Source: an uncultured bacterium (GTDB lineage Bacteria > Fidelibacterota > Marinisomatia > Marinisomatales > TCS56). From it: a stretch of 64,000 bases of DNA. The stretch is from assembly GCA_964628055.1 (NCBI GenBank), contig CAZVNL010000001.1:4114-68113 (forward strand), given 5' to 3'. Every line of letters starts with the position of its first letter. The stretch's first letter is position 1. Below are positions 1 through 9,978 of this stretch, one piece after another. The position numbers were made by a program, and so were the translations under genes. The notes under the pieces were generated by a model. That model saw only the letters and a program-made list of their open reading frames with translations, made no database searches and had not been told where the DNA came from.

Positions 1-263
1 AATAAGGCATCGCCAGCATCTAAAATCAAAGGATCGACTCCCGCTTCGCGAACTTCCTTAATATAGGTGGCTTTTCTGGGCAGACCGCCCAGGGGATTTC
101 GCTTTCACCCACAGGGGTCGATCTGTCCCCGGACGTTGGCCGTCACTAAAAAGATGACTTGGCCTTTTCCCTGCTTTGATTGGGCACAGGCATTGACTGT
201 TACCAGCAATCCCAACATGAAGAATATATTAACCAGAATAAATAGGATTCCCTTCGTCTTCAT
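1..263 (-). CDS. N-terminal part of a secreted lipoprotein, 5'-nucleotidase/metallophosphoesterase-like, interrupted by an in-frame TGA (possible selenocysteine) at 105-107; runs off the window edge
   Basis: Absent from the ORF track because TGA splits it. ATG at 263. MKTKGILFILVNIFFMLGLLVTVNAC is a signal peptide with a lipobox-like Cys. The frame reads ...FLVTANVRGQIDPCG-TGA-KRNPLGGLPRKATYIKEVREAGVDPLILDAGDAL and stays open to nt 1. The post-TGA peptide has the GGLxRxAT...LDAGD pattern typical of UshA-type metallophosphoesterase N-termini. Confidence 0.45.
76..107 (-). promoter_or_regulatory. Candidate bacterial SECIS element (UGA plus downstream hairpin)
   Basis: On the minus strand: UGA (107-105), 18 nt, then loop GGUCU (86-82). 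The loop is closed by a perfect 6-bp stem CUGGGC (92-87) / GCCCAG (81-76). Confidence 0.4.
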
Positions 264-291
264 TGTTCCCTACCGTTACCTTTCTAAATGG

Positions 292-621
292 TTAACCACC
301 GCTTATTTTCACATTATATTTTTTTGAAGCCAAAAGGTTCAGTACTTTTTTACGTTGGTCGCCCTGAATAAGAATTTCGCCACCTTTTACCGAGCCCCCC
401 ACCCCACAATGAACCTTTAACATCTTACCCAAGGCTTTCAAGTCGGCGTCTTTCCCCTGGAACCCCCGCACAACCGTTACTACTTTTCCGCCACCTTTCC
501 GCTCTAACCACACACGCAACTGTTGTTGCTCAGGTGGAGGTGTCGGTTCTTCATCGGTCCTTTTTTCAAGTAATCGGGTGTCGGTGGAGTACACTAAGGT
601 TGTTCGTTCTTCTGGTTTCAT
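292..621 (-). CDS. yciH: Translation initiation factor SUI1/YciH family protein
   Basis: 109 aa. LVYSTD... at the N-terminus and a C-terminal SUI1 fold signature (KGGGKVVTVVRGF...LKxxCGVGGSVKGGEILIQGDQRKKVLNLL...V) collinear with E. coli YciH. Confidence 0.9.
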   Translation of the reverse strand: MKPEERTTLVYSTDTRLLEKRTDEEPTPPPEQQQLRVWLERKGGGKVVTVVRGFQGKDADLKALGKMLKVHCGVGGSVKGGEILIQGDQRKKVLNLLASKKYNVKISGG

Positions 622-711
622 CTACCAATCCATTATCTTGTAAAGGTACAGAAAATAAGTCTTTTCAACGGTTGGTATGAAAATATTTCACCGCTATTTG
701 CCAACTCTGTT

Positions 712-2517
712 TCATAACGGTTCCCAGACATGCTGAATTAACCAAGTGCGAGCTGCGTCCTCCCTACGGGAATTAATGAGCCAAGCAAATCGATCTTTTT
801 TCCGAACAGTTAAAGTATCACTCACGGGGAAGATTTGCTCCCCTCGCTGGCAAACCAAGGGAAGTAGAACATGTTCCCGATTGGCTTTAAGCAGGGTACT
901 AACAGATTGCCGATCTCCGTGATACGTCCACCATGCCACCTGAGCCTCCTGGCGGCGCAGACGAACCATCCACAACTCCGGATCGAAAGGACGGCCAAAG
1001 GGAATCGTCCCCCCTAAGGCGTGCACCATGGCTGTGGTAGTCCCTTCCTCCCCGCTCTTGATTCCTACGAACAGGTTTTTTACCCGTCCTTCTGTTTTGG
1101 CATTTTTAGCAAATAACAGGTTAACCTCCTCGTTGGGAGTGAGAGCTAAGATACCCCGCCGCGTGTCAATCTCCGCTCGCAGCAATACGTTGGTTTCTAG
1201 GCCATTGCCATAAATGACCTTCAAACCTTCCTTTTCGGCTAATTGACAGGCTACCGGGTTAGCGTCGATGCACACCACATCCTCCTCTTTTTCCTGTAAT
1301 AACCGCGCCACCAAGCGCGCCAGTTCATGAGCCCCTAATACAACCCATCCAGCATCCTGTTGCCTTCGAAGATCCAACCCCCGGGCCACTAAACCTCCGG
1401 TAAGGCCGGCAAACAAAACCGTAATCGTGATTACTAAAAATACTAACGCCTGTAAAGATTCCCCGTTGAACCCCTGCTGGTTTAGTTCGATGGCAAACAG
1501 GGAGGCCACGGCAGCGGCGACGATCCCCCGGGGCGCAATCCAGGATAAGAGTACCTTTTGTCGCAGATTGAGTTTCGATCCGTGGGTAGCTAACATTACG
1601 TTTATAGGACGAACGACGACCATGATGCCAATTACTGTGGCGAATCCCCGCCATCCCAACGCTTTTACATCCGATAAATGCACATCCGCAGCCAGCAGGA
1701 TAAACAACATACCCACAAAAAGAACAGTCAATTGCTCTTTAAAATCCATAAGCTCCCGCTGAACGACCGTCTTGGAATTCCCCACCACCATCCCTGCTAC
1801 CGTAACGGCAACAATGCCACTCTCTGAGGAGAGTACGTTAGATATTTGAAACAGTGCCAAGACTAAGGAAAGGGTGAATACATTCTCCAGGCCTTCCGGG
1901 ACGAGATTCCGGAAGCGTAGAATCCGGGCCAAGAGCCACCCTCCCGCTCCACCGATGAGTGTACCGCTTACCAGGCGAATCACGATCTGTCCAGCACCTA
2001 AAATAACGTTCCATCCTGAAGGACGTAAGGCAATTTCCAGGGCTACTACGGCGATGATGGCCCCAATGGCATCCAATAAAATCCCTTCTGCTTCCAGAAT
2101 AGTAGAGACGGAACGTTTTAATTTAATCCGCCGTAACAAGGGCGTTATGACGGTGGGGCCAGTGACAATGATGATAGTCCCAAAGAGGATGGCCTGCCGC
2201 CAGTCCCAGGGAAGAAGTACTTTTGCCATTAACGTGCCCCCCATGGTAGTCACCAAAGTTCCCACAGTGATCAATTGGCGGATAACACGCCCTTCCCGCT
2301 TGATTCGCTGAGGACGGAGATTCATTCCCCCCTCAAAAAGGATTACTGCCACGGCAAAGCCTACCAACAGAGGCAGGGCGGAACCCAAACTGGCCGGATA
2401 AATGATCCCGAAGACATCAGGACCCAGCAGGACACCTATTATGAGCAAAAGGACGATTCCTGGTAGACGGATATGCCGGGCCACGGCCTGGGCCACCATA
2501 CCAGCGACCAAAGCCAA
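712..2517 (-). CDS. Cation:proton antiporter (CPA1/NhaP-type) with C-terminal TrkA-N/TrkA-C regulatory domains
   Basis: 601 aa with ~12 hydrophobic helices in the N-terminal 400 aa. A Rossmann-like segment (WVVLGAHELARLVARLL..EDVVCIDAN) and an RCK_C-like tail follow. The start is a TTG; no upstream in-frame ATG/GTG. Confidence 0.85.
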   Translation of the reverse strand: MALVAGMVAQAVARHIRLPGIVLLLIIGVLLGPDVFGIIYPASLGSALPLLVGFAVAVILFEGGMNLRPQRIKREGRVIRQLITVGTLVTTMGGTLMAKVLLPWDWRQAILFGTIIIVTGPTVITPLLRRIKLKRSVSTILEAEGILLDAIGAIIAVVALEIALRPSGWNVILGAGQIVIRLVSGTLIGGAGGWLLARILRFRNLVPEGLENVFTLSLVLALFQISNVLSSESGIVAVTVAGMVVGNSKTVVQRELMDFKEQLTVLFVGMLFILLAADVHLSDVKALGWRGFATVIGIMVVVRPINVMLATHGSKLNLRQKVLLSWIAPRGIVAAAVASLFAIELNQQGFNGESLQALVFLVITITVLFAGLTGGLVARGLDLRRQQDAGWVVLGAHELARLVARLLQEKEEDVVCIDANPVACQLAEKEGLKVIYGNGLETNVLLRAEIDTRRGILALTPNEEVNLLFAKNAKTEGRVKNLFVGIKSGEEGTTTAMVHALGGTIPFGRPFDPELWMVRLRRQEAQVAWWTYHGDRQSVSTLLKANREHVLLPLVCQRGEQIFPVSDTLTVRKKDRFAWLINSRREDAARTWLIQHVWEPL

Positions 2518-2571
2518 AGCAATGGTTAAAGCAGGATTAGTGGTTATGGGAAATACCTTTCCTTCCTCCGA

Positions 2572-4365
2572 CTATTTCATCAAGACCACTTTCCGAACCT
2601 GCCATTGAGTAGCGGTGGACAACCGAATTAAATACACTCCAGCAGCCACTTCCTGGTCCTCATCATTGCGGCCGTCCCACCGTAGCGTGTTATTCCCGTG
2701 AACGGATTTACTTGTTAAAATGGTCCTCACCTGAACCCCCGTAAGGTCGTAAATCACTAAAGAGATCCTCGTGGGAACAGCCGTATAAAAACGAATAGTC
2801 GTCCCGCTGTTGAATGGATTAGGGTAGGCCTCATGCAATTTAATTCGTGTGGGTAGATCAGATTTCTCTCGATCAATAGAAACAGAATGAACGGCTGATA
2901 GATCAACAACTCGCGGCAAGTGGTCAGAAGCGAGGTTTGTGTCTTCCGCTTCCAAGTTCAGGTTTTGTAGCTCGGCTACTGGCAATGCCAGGGTATTTAG
3001 AACGAAATGATTGCCCAACTCCAGTATGCTGTTGCTGTAGAGGATGTAGTCTAATTTCCCCGGACTGAAAGAACTGCCATCATTCCGCCAGGTGTACCCC
3101 ATGCGAAGGTGAGTGTGGCGTGAAAAGAGATCCGCAAGGGGCGTCTCATCCCAGTCCCAGAAGAAATCTGCACCATACTGACTTTCATTTACAATATCAC
3201 CGGCGGTAAGGGTAATGAGTTGTTGACGCTCCCCCACAAGGTTAAAATCACCCACATGGACGATGGGGGTTTCGTTAGGCAGGGAAAAAGGCCCCACGCC
3301 ATTCACACGCCAATCGCGCATTATGGCTGTTAACTGATCGGCATCCTCTTGACGGCTGGCATCGTTTTGACAGCAGGCCAGATGGGAATTAAAGACTAAC
3401 AATGGTGCGCTTAAACGATCTCCCGTATTCAGTAGAACAACCATCGTCCGCTCGGAAGCGGTGAGGACCGCCTCCTGCAAAATAGGGAACCGGGAAATGA
3501 CAAAATTTCCGTGATAAAGACCGCTAATATACCAGGTAACCCCTGGAAACCAGCTCTGGAAAAGACTGGCTACGGGAGCCGTGTCAGCATAGTGTTCCTG
3601 GACAGCAACGACGTCCGGATCGATGGCCGTCAGAATTCGTTGAAATCGGTCCTGGCGTGTCGAATCTAATAGTCCACCATACAGCGTGTTATAGGTAACT
3701 AATCGCAAGTGTTGGGTGTTGAAACGCGTAAGGGGAATTGGGTCGGGTGGTGGCACTGGCGTTTGGTCTCGAATAAAAGTTACTGTTTCCCCGGGAGCGG
3801 GAAGGCCGTCACCACCAGTAACCGTCTCCTGCCAGTAGAGTTGAATGGTATCGGCCACGCTATTACCATAGGCCAGATTCAGGCTGATCTCAAAAGCCGT
3901 ACTCGTAATGGTGGGAGCCATACGCAGTGTAATGTCATTTTGCCCAATGGATTGAGAACCGCTGGTTGCGTACCATGTTCCGCTTCGGCAACCAAAGCAC
4001 CATTCAAAATCCACACCCATTCCTTGGAGGGCTATGCCGGTCGTACTGTTATTGTCTACGTCAATGTACAACCGTAGGTCGTTGTTGTTCTGTAAGAGAT
4101 GTTCCCCATCTTCGAAAGTTAGATAAAGGAGCAACGTCGTCCCGTCGTTGGTCACCTTCAGGATTCCGAAATCAGCCTGGTTGCCGTCCCCCGTGGCATC
4201 GGTATAAGCTATGGGAACGCTCTCCCAGTCATCAAACAGACCATCGATGGTAATAGGAACAGCAGCAAAAAGTATGACCTGGGATAGAAACAAGATCATT
4301 TTCAGAATCAAATTGTTGGTAATAGCGGGAGCATGAACGGAACGGTCTTGAGGATGTTGTTTCAT
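2572..4365 (-). CDS. Secreted endonuclease/exonuclease/phosphatase (EEP) family protein with T9SS-type C-terminal sorting domain
   Basis: 597 aa. EEP motifs are present (VVAVQEH, GDFN, ASDHLP). The C-terminal ~80 aa (YPNPFNSGTTIRF...AGVYLIRL...KVVLMK) matches the Por/T9SS secretion-tail pattern. The true start may be the internal MILFLSQVILFAAVP signal peptide. Confidence 0.8.
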   Translation of the reverse strand: MKQHPQDRSVHAPAITNNLILKMILFLSQVILFAAVPITIDGLFDDWESVPIAYTDATGDGNQADFGILKVTNDGTTLLLYLTFEDGEHLLQNNNDLRLYIDVDNNSTTGIALQGMGVDFEWCFGCRSGTWYATSGSQSIGQNDITLRMAPTITSTAFEISLNLAYGNSVADTIQLYWQETVTGGDGLPAPGETVTFIRDQTPVPPPDPIPLTRFNTQHLRLVTYNTLYGGLLDSTRQDRFQRILTAIDPDVVAVQEHYADTAPVASLFQSWFPGVTWYISGLYHGNFVISRFPILQEAVLTASERTMVVLLNTGDRLSAPLLVFNSHLACCQNDASRQEDADQLTAIMRDWRVNGVGPFSLPNETPIVHVGDFNLVGERQQLITLTAGDIVNESQYGADFFWDWDETPLADLFSRHTHLRMGYTWRNDGSSFSPGKLDYILYSNSILELGNHFVLNTLALPVAELQNLNLEAEDTNLASDHLPRVVDLSAVHSVSIDREKSDLPTRIKLHEAYPNPFNSGTTIRFYTAVPTRISLVIYDLTGVQVRTILTSKSVHGNNTLRWDGRNDEDQEVAAGVYLIRLSTATQWQVRKVVLMK

Positions 4366-4477
4366 AAAACAGTAAACGTTCCGAAAAGGAAAGAATTAGG
4401 GCGATAACAGTTTTCATCAATAGAGAAGAATAATACCAAGCCAGGGAGAAAGAGGCTAAGGGTTCTTGCGAACGTGT

Positions 4478-5050
4478 TCAGGGAGTGGTAAAGGGAACAT
4501 GTCCCTTGTATTCCCACGTTTTCAGGTCCGCTGACACATAGTAGCTTCCGCTGGCCGTGAGAGCCAGGAAATACTGTTTGGTCCCATCCATGGGCGGAAG
4601 AATGGTGAGGGAGACAAAATCATCCCGATCGTCAATCTTGGATAGAAAAACAAAAGAGTTGCCGATTTTAACAGGGGTTATGTTCCGTAATTGGTAAATG
4701 TTACCCCGATTAGAGAGCGCGACGATTCCCAAAACCAGCGGGGCAATACCAAAATTATAGTATGTAGAACTAACGATTCTTTCCTCCGGTGCTTTGGCTG
4801 CTTTATTCAACTGGTCAGAATATTTCTGTAATTCCTGGATTTGCGTTTCTAACTGCTGGATTAATTCGGGAGGTACAGATTCACCCGGTGTCCCAGGCGG
4901 CCCTTGTGGCCCCGGCGGTCCGGGTTCCCCTTTCGCTCCAGGAGGTCCCTGAGGGCCAGGCTCTCCCTGGGGTCCTGGCGGTCCTGGAATGGCCTGTTGC
5001 GTACAGCTCACCAGCCAAAGGAATGAGAGGAGAATAGCTAACGTTTTCAT
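4478..5050 (-). CDS. Collagen-like triple-helix repeat lipoprotein with coiled-coil and C-terminal globular domain
   Basis: 190 aa. Signal plus lipobox (LWLVSC), 12 uninterrupted G-X-Y triplets, then a heptad-like [22 protein letters not shown] segment and a ~110-aa beta-rich tail. Its start overlaps the upstream gene's stop (ATGA). Confidence 0.8.
   Translation of the reverse strand: MKTLAILLSFLWLVSCTQQAIPGPPGPQGEPGPQGPPGAKGEPGPPGPQGPPGTPGESVPPELIQQLETQIQELQKYSDQLNKAAKAPEERIVSSTYYNFGIAPLVLGIVALSNRGNIYQLRNITPVKIGNSFVFLSKIDDRDDFVSLTILPPMDGTKQYFLALTASGSYYVSADLKTWEYKGHVPFTTP
4877..4984 (-). repeat. Collagen G-X-Y codon repeat (12 triplets)
   Basis: [36 protein letters not shown], read directly from the translation. 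Confidence 0.95.
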
Positions 5051-5613
5051 TGAGTCGCAGGAAAGAGGTACGGCATAGCCCGCGCCCAGGCCATTGACAT
5101 GATGATAAATAATTCGGAGATAATGGCTGCTGCAAAAAAGAGAATAGAACGCTTCAAAGCCCGATTTTTATAGGCGTTTATTTTACCCAGCGCAAACACC
5201 TGTTTGGCGAACATGTTATATACTTGGGTGCTGTCGGTAGAAATTTTCTGGAGGTGTTGTGCATACTCTTCCGGAGACTTGAATTGGCTTATACCACCGA
5301 AAAAGGTGGGATTCACCACTTTTTTACCATCGGGTATACTATCATCTCGAACACGGGGTATAATGACCATTAAAAGGTGAATAATGGCCAGGAGTGCTGA
5401 AAAGAAATAAATAATCACCATGATGAGTTTGAACCAGTCTAATTGTACCCGTAAAAAATGGACAATAAAGAAAACCATGAACACACCTAAAATTGAAAGC
5501 AGCGTGAAGGCTTTTTGATCAGATCGTTGGATGATCTGCTGTTCACTGGTAAGAACCCGGAACAGGGGTGAAAAATCTTTACTCGTATCAGGATTGGGTT
5601 TTTTCTCGGTCAT
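5047..5613 (-). CDS. Three-TM membrane protein, resembles DUF5706/PycTM-type (Pycsar effector TM) domain, stand-alone
   Basis: 188 aa. An SDQKAF motif precedes two adjacent TM helices, followed by a soluble helical segment and a C-terminal TM. The topology and the (A/S)DxKA motif recall PF18967 from memory only. No cNMP-binding or cyclase gene is nearby. Confidence 0.4.
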   Translation of the reverse strand: MTEKKPNPDTSKDFSPLFRVLTSEQQIIQRSDQKAFTLLSILGVFMVFFIVHFLRVQLDWFKLIMVIIYFFSALLAIIHLLMVIIPRVRDDSIPDGKKVVNPTFFGGISQFKSPEEYAQHLQKISTDSTQVYNMFAKQVFALGKINAYKNRALKRSILFFAAAIISELFIIMSMAWARAMPYLFPATQ

Positions 5614-5748
5614 AAATTCGCTAACGTTCTTTTAGTGGTTGTCGGGGATCGTTCGTTTCCCCTTCCAATTCTAAGCTATAGTATAACCACAAGCAAGGTC
5701 GCGATGCTACCCTCATTTCCCACGCAGCTATACATGCGACAAAAACCG

Positions 5749-5821
<73 letters not shown>

Positions 5822-5978
5822 AAGTTTTTCAATGACCACATGGCCATAGCGAGGTTGCCTGTCCCGCATCCCGTAAACCAAGTGGCGGAAGCGGGAAGCT
5901 ACAGCCCAATGTAAGTGTACAAATTCTAAAAAAGCGTGGCGAATTTAGAACGGATTCCAGGGGAAGTCCAACAGTCCC

Positions 5979-8159
5979 TTACAGGTTGTTTAAAAAATAG
6001 TCGGCGATGAGGGTAAATACATGCCGGGTAGCGTTCCCCCCGTAGATGCCATGGTTGCGGTTAGGATAAAACATGACATCAACGAATTTATTGGCGCGGA
6101 TACAGGCCTCGAGGAACTCTTCCGTATTTTGTACATGAACGTTATCATCAGCTATTCCATGGACTAACAGTAGTTTCCCCTGAAAGCGATCGATATAGCT
6201 AAGGACCGAGGTACTGTCATAGCCCGCGGTATTTTCCGTAACCAATCCCATATAACGTTCAGTATAGATGGTATCATAAAACCTAAAATCTGTTACCGGG
6301 GCAACAGCTACACCCACCTTAAACCAGGCAGAACCCTTCGTCAAAGCCAGAGCGGTACTGTACCCGCCTCCACTCCACCCCCAGATTCCGATACGATCGA
6401 CATCCACATAGGTAAGCGTACTTAGATAATGTACCGTTTCACCCAAGTCACGCATTAACCATTTTCCAATATCTCCGTAGGCCAAGTTCTTCATTCTTTT
6501 GCCACCTTTCCCGGTCTGGCGGGGATCGACACGGAGAAGGATAAATCCTTTCTGAGCTAACATTTGATCCCAGAAAAACCCACTGCCTCCCCAATAATCA
6601 GCCACAATGGGAGCCCCGGGCATACCATAAACCCTGATGATTACCGGATATTTCTTGCTCGGCTCAAACTGATGCGGCAAGGTCATCCGGGCTTCCAATT
6701 GAACGCTGTCGGAAGTAGGAATTTGCATAAAAGTAGGATAGGTGTACCCATAAGTTCCTGGTTCCTTCAATTTGGATTCACCTAAGACCCGAATTAGCGA
6801 GCCATCAGCGCTATGCAAACTGATACGCGGGGGCATTTTGGTATTGGAATAACGATCGATGAAATAAAGTCCCGTAGGAGCAAAATACACGGAATGCCAA
6901 CCCCTACCCTTCGTGAGTTGTTTAATACCTTCTCCTGTAATGGAGACCCGATATGCCTGGTTCTCTATAACGGAAGCTTTTTTACCACTGAAGTAAATTT
7001 GTTCATTTTCCTTGTCTACTTTAATAACCTGACTCACTTCCCACTCACCATCAGTCAAGGTATCAACGATCTCCCCTTCAAAGTCCACACGGTATAGGTG
7101 TCGATAACCGCTCCGTTCCGACGACCATAAGAACGTATTTTCATCCAGGAATTGAAAATCGTCCCTGACATCGACCCAACACGTATCGGTCTCGGTAAAA
7201 ATTGTTTCCGTTTCCCCGTTTAAGCGGTCAGCCAATAATAGGTCTAATCGGTTCTGACGGCGGTTCAAGCGCTCCAGGATTAGATAGCGGGACGGCTTCT
7301 TGGGCAACCAGTACAAACGCGGAAAATACTTATCGCTATCCGGGCCTAATTTCAGCCACTTCGTTCGACCTCCCGGTACCCGAACAACACCAATCTGCAT
7401 GGTAGGATTAGTCTCCCCCACTTTCGGGTAACGCACATATTCCACTTCCGGATAGGGAGTTTTATTACGGATGAAAGGATATTCCTTCACTTGTGTTTGA
7501 TCTACACGCCAAAAGGCAATGTACCGGCTATCAGGTGACCAATAATAGGCCTGGTCACGACCAAATTCCTCTTCATAGACCCAACCGAAATGACCGTTTA
7601 AAATAACATCCGACCCGTCCCGTGTTAAACGGTACTCCCGACTAGAACGCAAATTCTGGGCGTATAAATTATGATCCTCACGGATGTAGGCCACCCATTC
7701 ACCGTTGGTGGAAAAAGTCACATTCCGGATAGGTTTCACTGGATCAATTAAAGGTATTAATTGCTTAGCGTTGAAGTCATAAAGGTAATAGGTTGCTGCC
7801 CTGGACCGTCGCCAAAGACGGTGCACGTTTGTCCTCAGGAGTAGTTTTGATCCATCGGGAGCAAAGTTGAACCCGGCGGGTCGTAACTTTTCCTCGCCCA
7901 AGGTCAGTTCTTCCGCCGGTAGATATAGCGTCGTATCCCCCGAGGCCAAATCCACACGGTACAAAGCGTACCCTTTCTGCACCGAATCATAGCGGAAAAA
8001 GGCGTAGGCGTCCTCCTGGGGAATCCACTGCCACGGGCCCAGGGAGGCGTATTCCACCAAGCCTTCTTTAAAAATTAAATCCGGGGTGATTTCCCGTTCC
8101 TGGGCTCCAAGTAAAGTAATACTAATTAACAGTATAAATAGCGATTGAATGTACTTCAT
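5979..8159 (-). CDS. Dipeptidyl-peptidase IV family serine peptidase (S9B)
   Basis: 726 aa with a signal peptide and an N-terminal DPPIV beta-propeller region. The C-terminal alpha/beta hydrolase has the nucleophile elbow GWSGGGY plus later Asp/His (HGIADDNVH, NRNHG). Confidence 0.9.
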   Translation of the reverse strand: MKYIQSLFILLISITLLGAQEREITPDLIFKEGLVEYASLGPWQWIPQEDAYAFFRYDSVQKGYALYRVDLASGDTTLYLPAEELTLGEEKLRPAGFNFAPDGSKLLLRTNVHRLWRRSRAATYYLYDFNAKQLIPLIDPVKPIRNVTFSTNGEWVAYIREDHNLYAQNLRSSREYRLTRDGSDVILNGHFGWVYEEEFGRDQAYYWSPDSRYIAFWRVDQTQVKEYPFIRNKTPYPEVEYVRYPKVGETNPTMQIGVVRVPGGRTKWLKLGPDSDKYFPRLYWLPKKPSRYLILERLNRRQNRLDLLLADRLNGETETIFTETDTCWVDVRDDFQFLDENTFLWSSERSGYRHLYRVDFEGEIVDTLTDGEWEVSQVIKVDKENEQIYFSGKKASVIENQAYRVSITGEGIKQLTKGRGWHSVYFAPTGLYFIDRYSNTKMPPRISLHSADGSLIRVLGESKLKEPGTYGYTYPTFMQIPTSDSVQLEARMTLPHQFEPSKKYPVIIRVYGMPGAPIVADYWGGSGFFWDQMLAQKGFILLRVDPRQTGKGGKRMKNLAYGDIGKWLMRDLGETVHYLSTLTYVDVDRIGIWGWSGGGYSTALALTKGSAWFKVGVAVAPVTDFRFYDTIYTERYMGLVTENTAGYDSTSVLSYIDRFQGKLLLVHGIADDNVHVQNTEEFLEACIRANKFVDVMFYPNRNHGIYGGNATRHVFTLIADYFLNNL

Positions 8160-8833
8160 TCCAGTAACTCTTTAAGTTGATTCAAAAGGGTAACCATCAT
8201 GAGTTGAGTTAAGCGCTTTGTATTTACGTTGCGGGGACTGGGATGGTATGAAGCCACCATCCAGAGCCCGGAGGGCAAACGATAATGCCGGCCATGTTGG
8301 AAGGGGTAGTCTTTCTTTTTAATTGGATTTTGCTTACGTGCAAAGCGCAAACAAGCATCAAAAGCGATGCGACCCAATGCCAGCAAAACGCGTAAGCGCC
8401 TTAGTTGTTGCCATTCCTGTTGGAAAAACGGGAAACAGTTGTGCAGTTCCATGCTACGGGGCTTATCTTGGGGCGGTACGCATTTAAGAACCGGGGTCAT
8501 ATAGGCATTAGGTAATTCAAGACCATCGTTCAAAGAGAGGGAATGGGGTTGGTTGGCAAAACCGGTTGTAAAAAGACAGCGCATAAGAAACTCAGCCGAT
8601 TTATCTCCTGTGAAAACCCGTCCCGTGCGATTGCCACCATGGGCGGCGGGCGCCAATCCAACAATCAACACTTGCGCCTGAGGGTCCCCATATCCCGGCA
8701 CGGGCCTTCCCCAGTAATCCCAATCGGTATATTGCTTCCGCTTTCGTTGGGCAATTTCTTGACGAAAATGTACCAGCCGAGGACATCGCTTACAGGAAGT
8801 AATTTCCTGGAAAAGTAATTGCGCAGGACTCAT
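8156..8833 (-). CDS. Uracil-DNA glycosylase, family 4/5 (Fe-S type)
   Basis: 225 aa. CKRCPRL cysteines, a GLAPAAHGGNRTG motif (family-5-like) and HPSPRN near the C-terminus. 4-nt overlaps with both neighbours. Confidence 0.85.
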   Translation of the reverse strand: MSPAQLLFQEITSCKRCPRLVHFRQEIAQRKRKQYTDWDYWGRPVPGYGDPQAQVLIVGLAPAAHGGNRTGRVFTGDKSAEFLMRCLFTTGFANQPHSLSLNDGLELPNAYMTPVLKCVPPQDKPRSMELHNCFPFFQQEWQQLRRLRVLLALGRIAFDACLRFARKQNPIKKKDYPFQHGRHYRLPSGLWMVASYHPSPRNVNTKRLTQLMMVTLLNQLKELLE

Positions 8834-9855
8834 CGCTTATCGGGAGACAGTAATACTTTTCCAAAGTTACGTCGCTGGTGAATATAGCGATGAGCCTCTT
8901 GAACCTCGCTGAAAGTAAAAACCCGATCTATCTGCGGAGTAATCCTCCCTTCCTGGTACCACCGCATGACGTTGCTAGTGACCTGTTGGAAAAATCGAGC
9001 ATGATTCTGGAGCAACCCCAAGTGAAAACCAAACACCCCACGATTCATGGAAATGAGTTTAAGCGGATTAAAACGCGGCATTTTTACATATTCCTTAACG
9101 GCATGCCAAGAGTAACGCCCCCGGCCTTCGGTGGCAGTGGAAAAACCGTACATCACCAAACGACCAAGTTTTGCCAGGGCTCGGTAGCTCTCTGCGAAAT
9201 GCCCGCCCCCAATGGGATCCAGAATAACGTCGGCACCGAGACCGAGCGTCACTTCCTGAACACACGTATAAAAATCAACTTCCCGGGGATCGATGATATG
9301 CTCCACCCCCATTTCTTTAAGTTTAACATGTTTCCACCGTGAAGCCGTCCCAATGATCTGACCCCCGAGTAATTGGGCAATTTGCAATGCCGCAATTCCT
9401 ACGCCACCTCCTATTCCGTGGATCAAGACCCATTCCCCTTCTTTTAAGTGCGCTTGGTTAATCAACATGCCGTAAGCGGTAAAATAGTTTACCGGTAGAG
9501 CGGCGGCAGCTCGGAGCTGCTTTTCGTCTTCCAATAATAAGACCTGGTCGCGTGGTAGGATGATTTTCGAGCTATACCCACCAAACCGCGTAAGCCCGAC
9601 TACGGGGCGTCCCACTAACTCTCCTGCAACCGCTGAACCGACTTTTTCAATAATTCCACTCACCTCATAGCCCGGGACAAAAGGAGGCGGGGGTGCCGAA
9701 GGATAAAGTCCCCGACGACAAAGAAGATCAGCAAAGTTTATTCCTGCGTAATGGACTTTAACCTGGACGCCGTTGGAACCTGGTGGCGGAAGCTCACTCT
9801 CCTGTAAAGTCAGAACCTCTTCCTTCCCGTACCGCGTGATCCATATTTGTTGCAT
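8830..9855 (-). CDS. NADPH:quinone oxidoreductase / MDR-family zinc-free alcohol dehydrogenase-like protein
   Basis: 341 aa with GroES-like N-terminus (GINFADLLCRRGLY, PGYEVSG) and Rossmann motif IHGIGGGVGIAALQ. Confidence 0.8.
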   Translation of the reverse strand: MQQIWITRYGKEEVLTLQESELPPPGSNGVQVKVHYAGINFADLLCRRGLYPSAPPPPFVPGYEVSGIIEKVGSAVAGELVGRPVVGLTRFGGYSSKIILPRDQVLLLEDEKQLRAAAALPVNYFTAYGMLINQAHLKEGEWVLIHGIGGGVGIAALQIAQLLGGQIIGTASRWKHVKLKEMGVEHIIDPREVDFYTCVQEVTLGLGADVILDPIGGGHFAESYRALAKLGRLVMYGFSTATEGRGRYSWHAVKEYVKMPRFNPLKLISMNRGVFGFHLGLLQNHARFFQQVTSNVMRWYQEGRITPQIDRVFTFSEVQEAHRYIHQRRNFGKVLLSPDKR

Positions 9856-9978
9856 AGAGGAAATTAGGCCCTTACACGTGAAAGATACAGCAGGGATTTC
9901 TTGGCTTTGCCTTTAAGAGATGGCTAAATTCGCACCCCCTTCAGGAAAATTTTTTACAACCTTTAGTGGAAGAATAAC

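Noticed and set aside
67-327. 86-aa plus-strand ORF at the window start
   Set aside because: It is antisense to the far more protein-like lipoprotein frame and overlaps the yciH 3' end. The sequence is low-complexity, Arg/Pro-rich and has no motifs.
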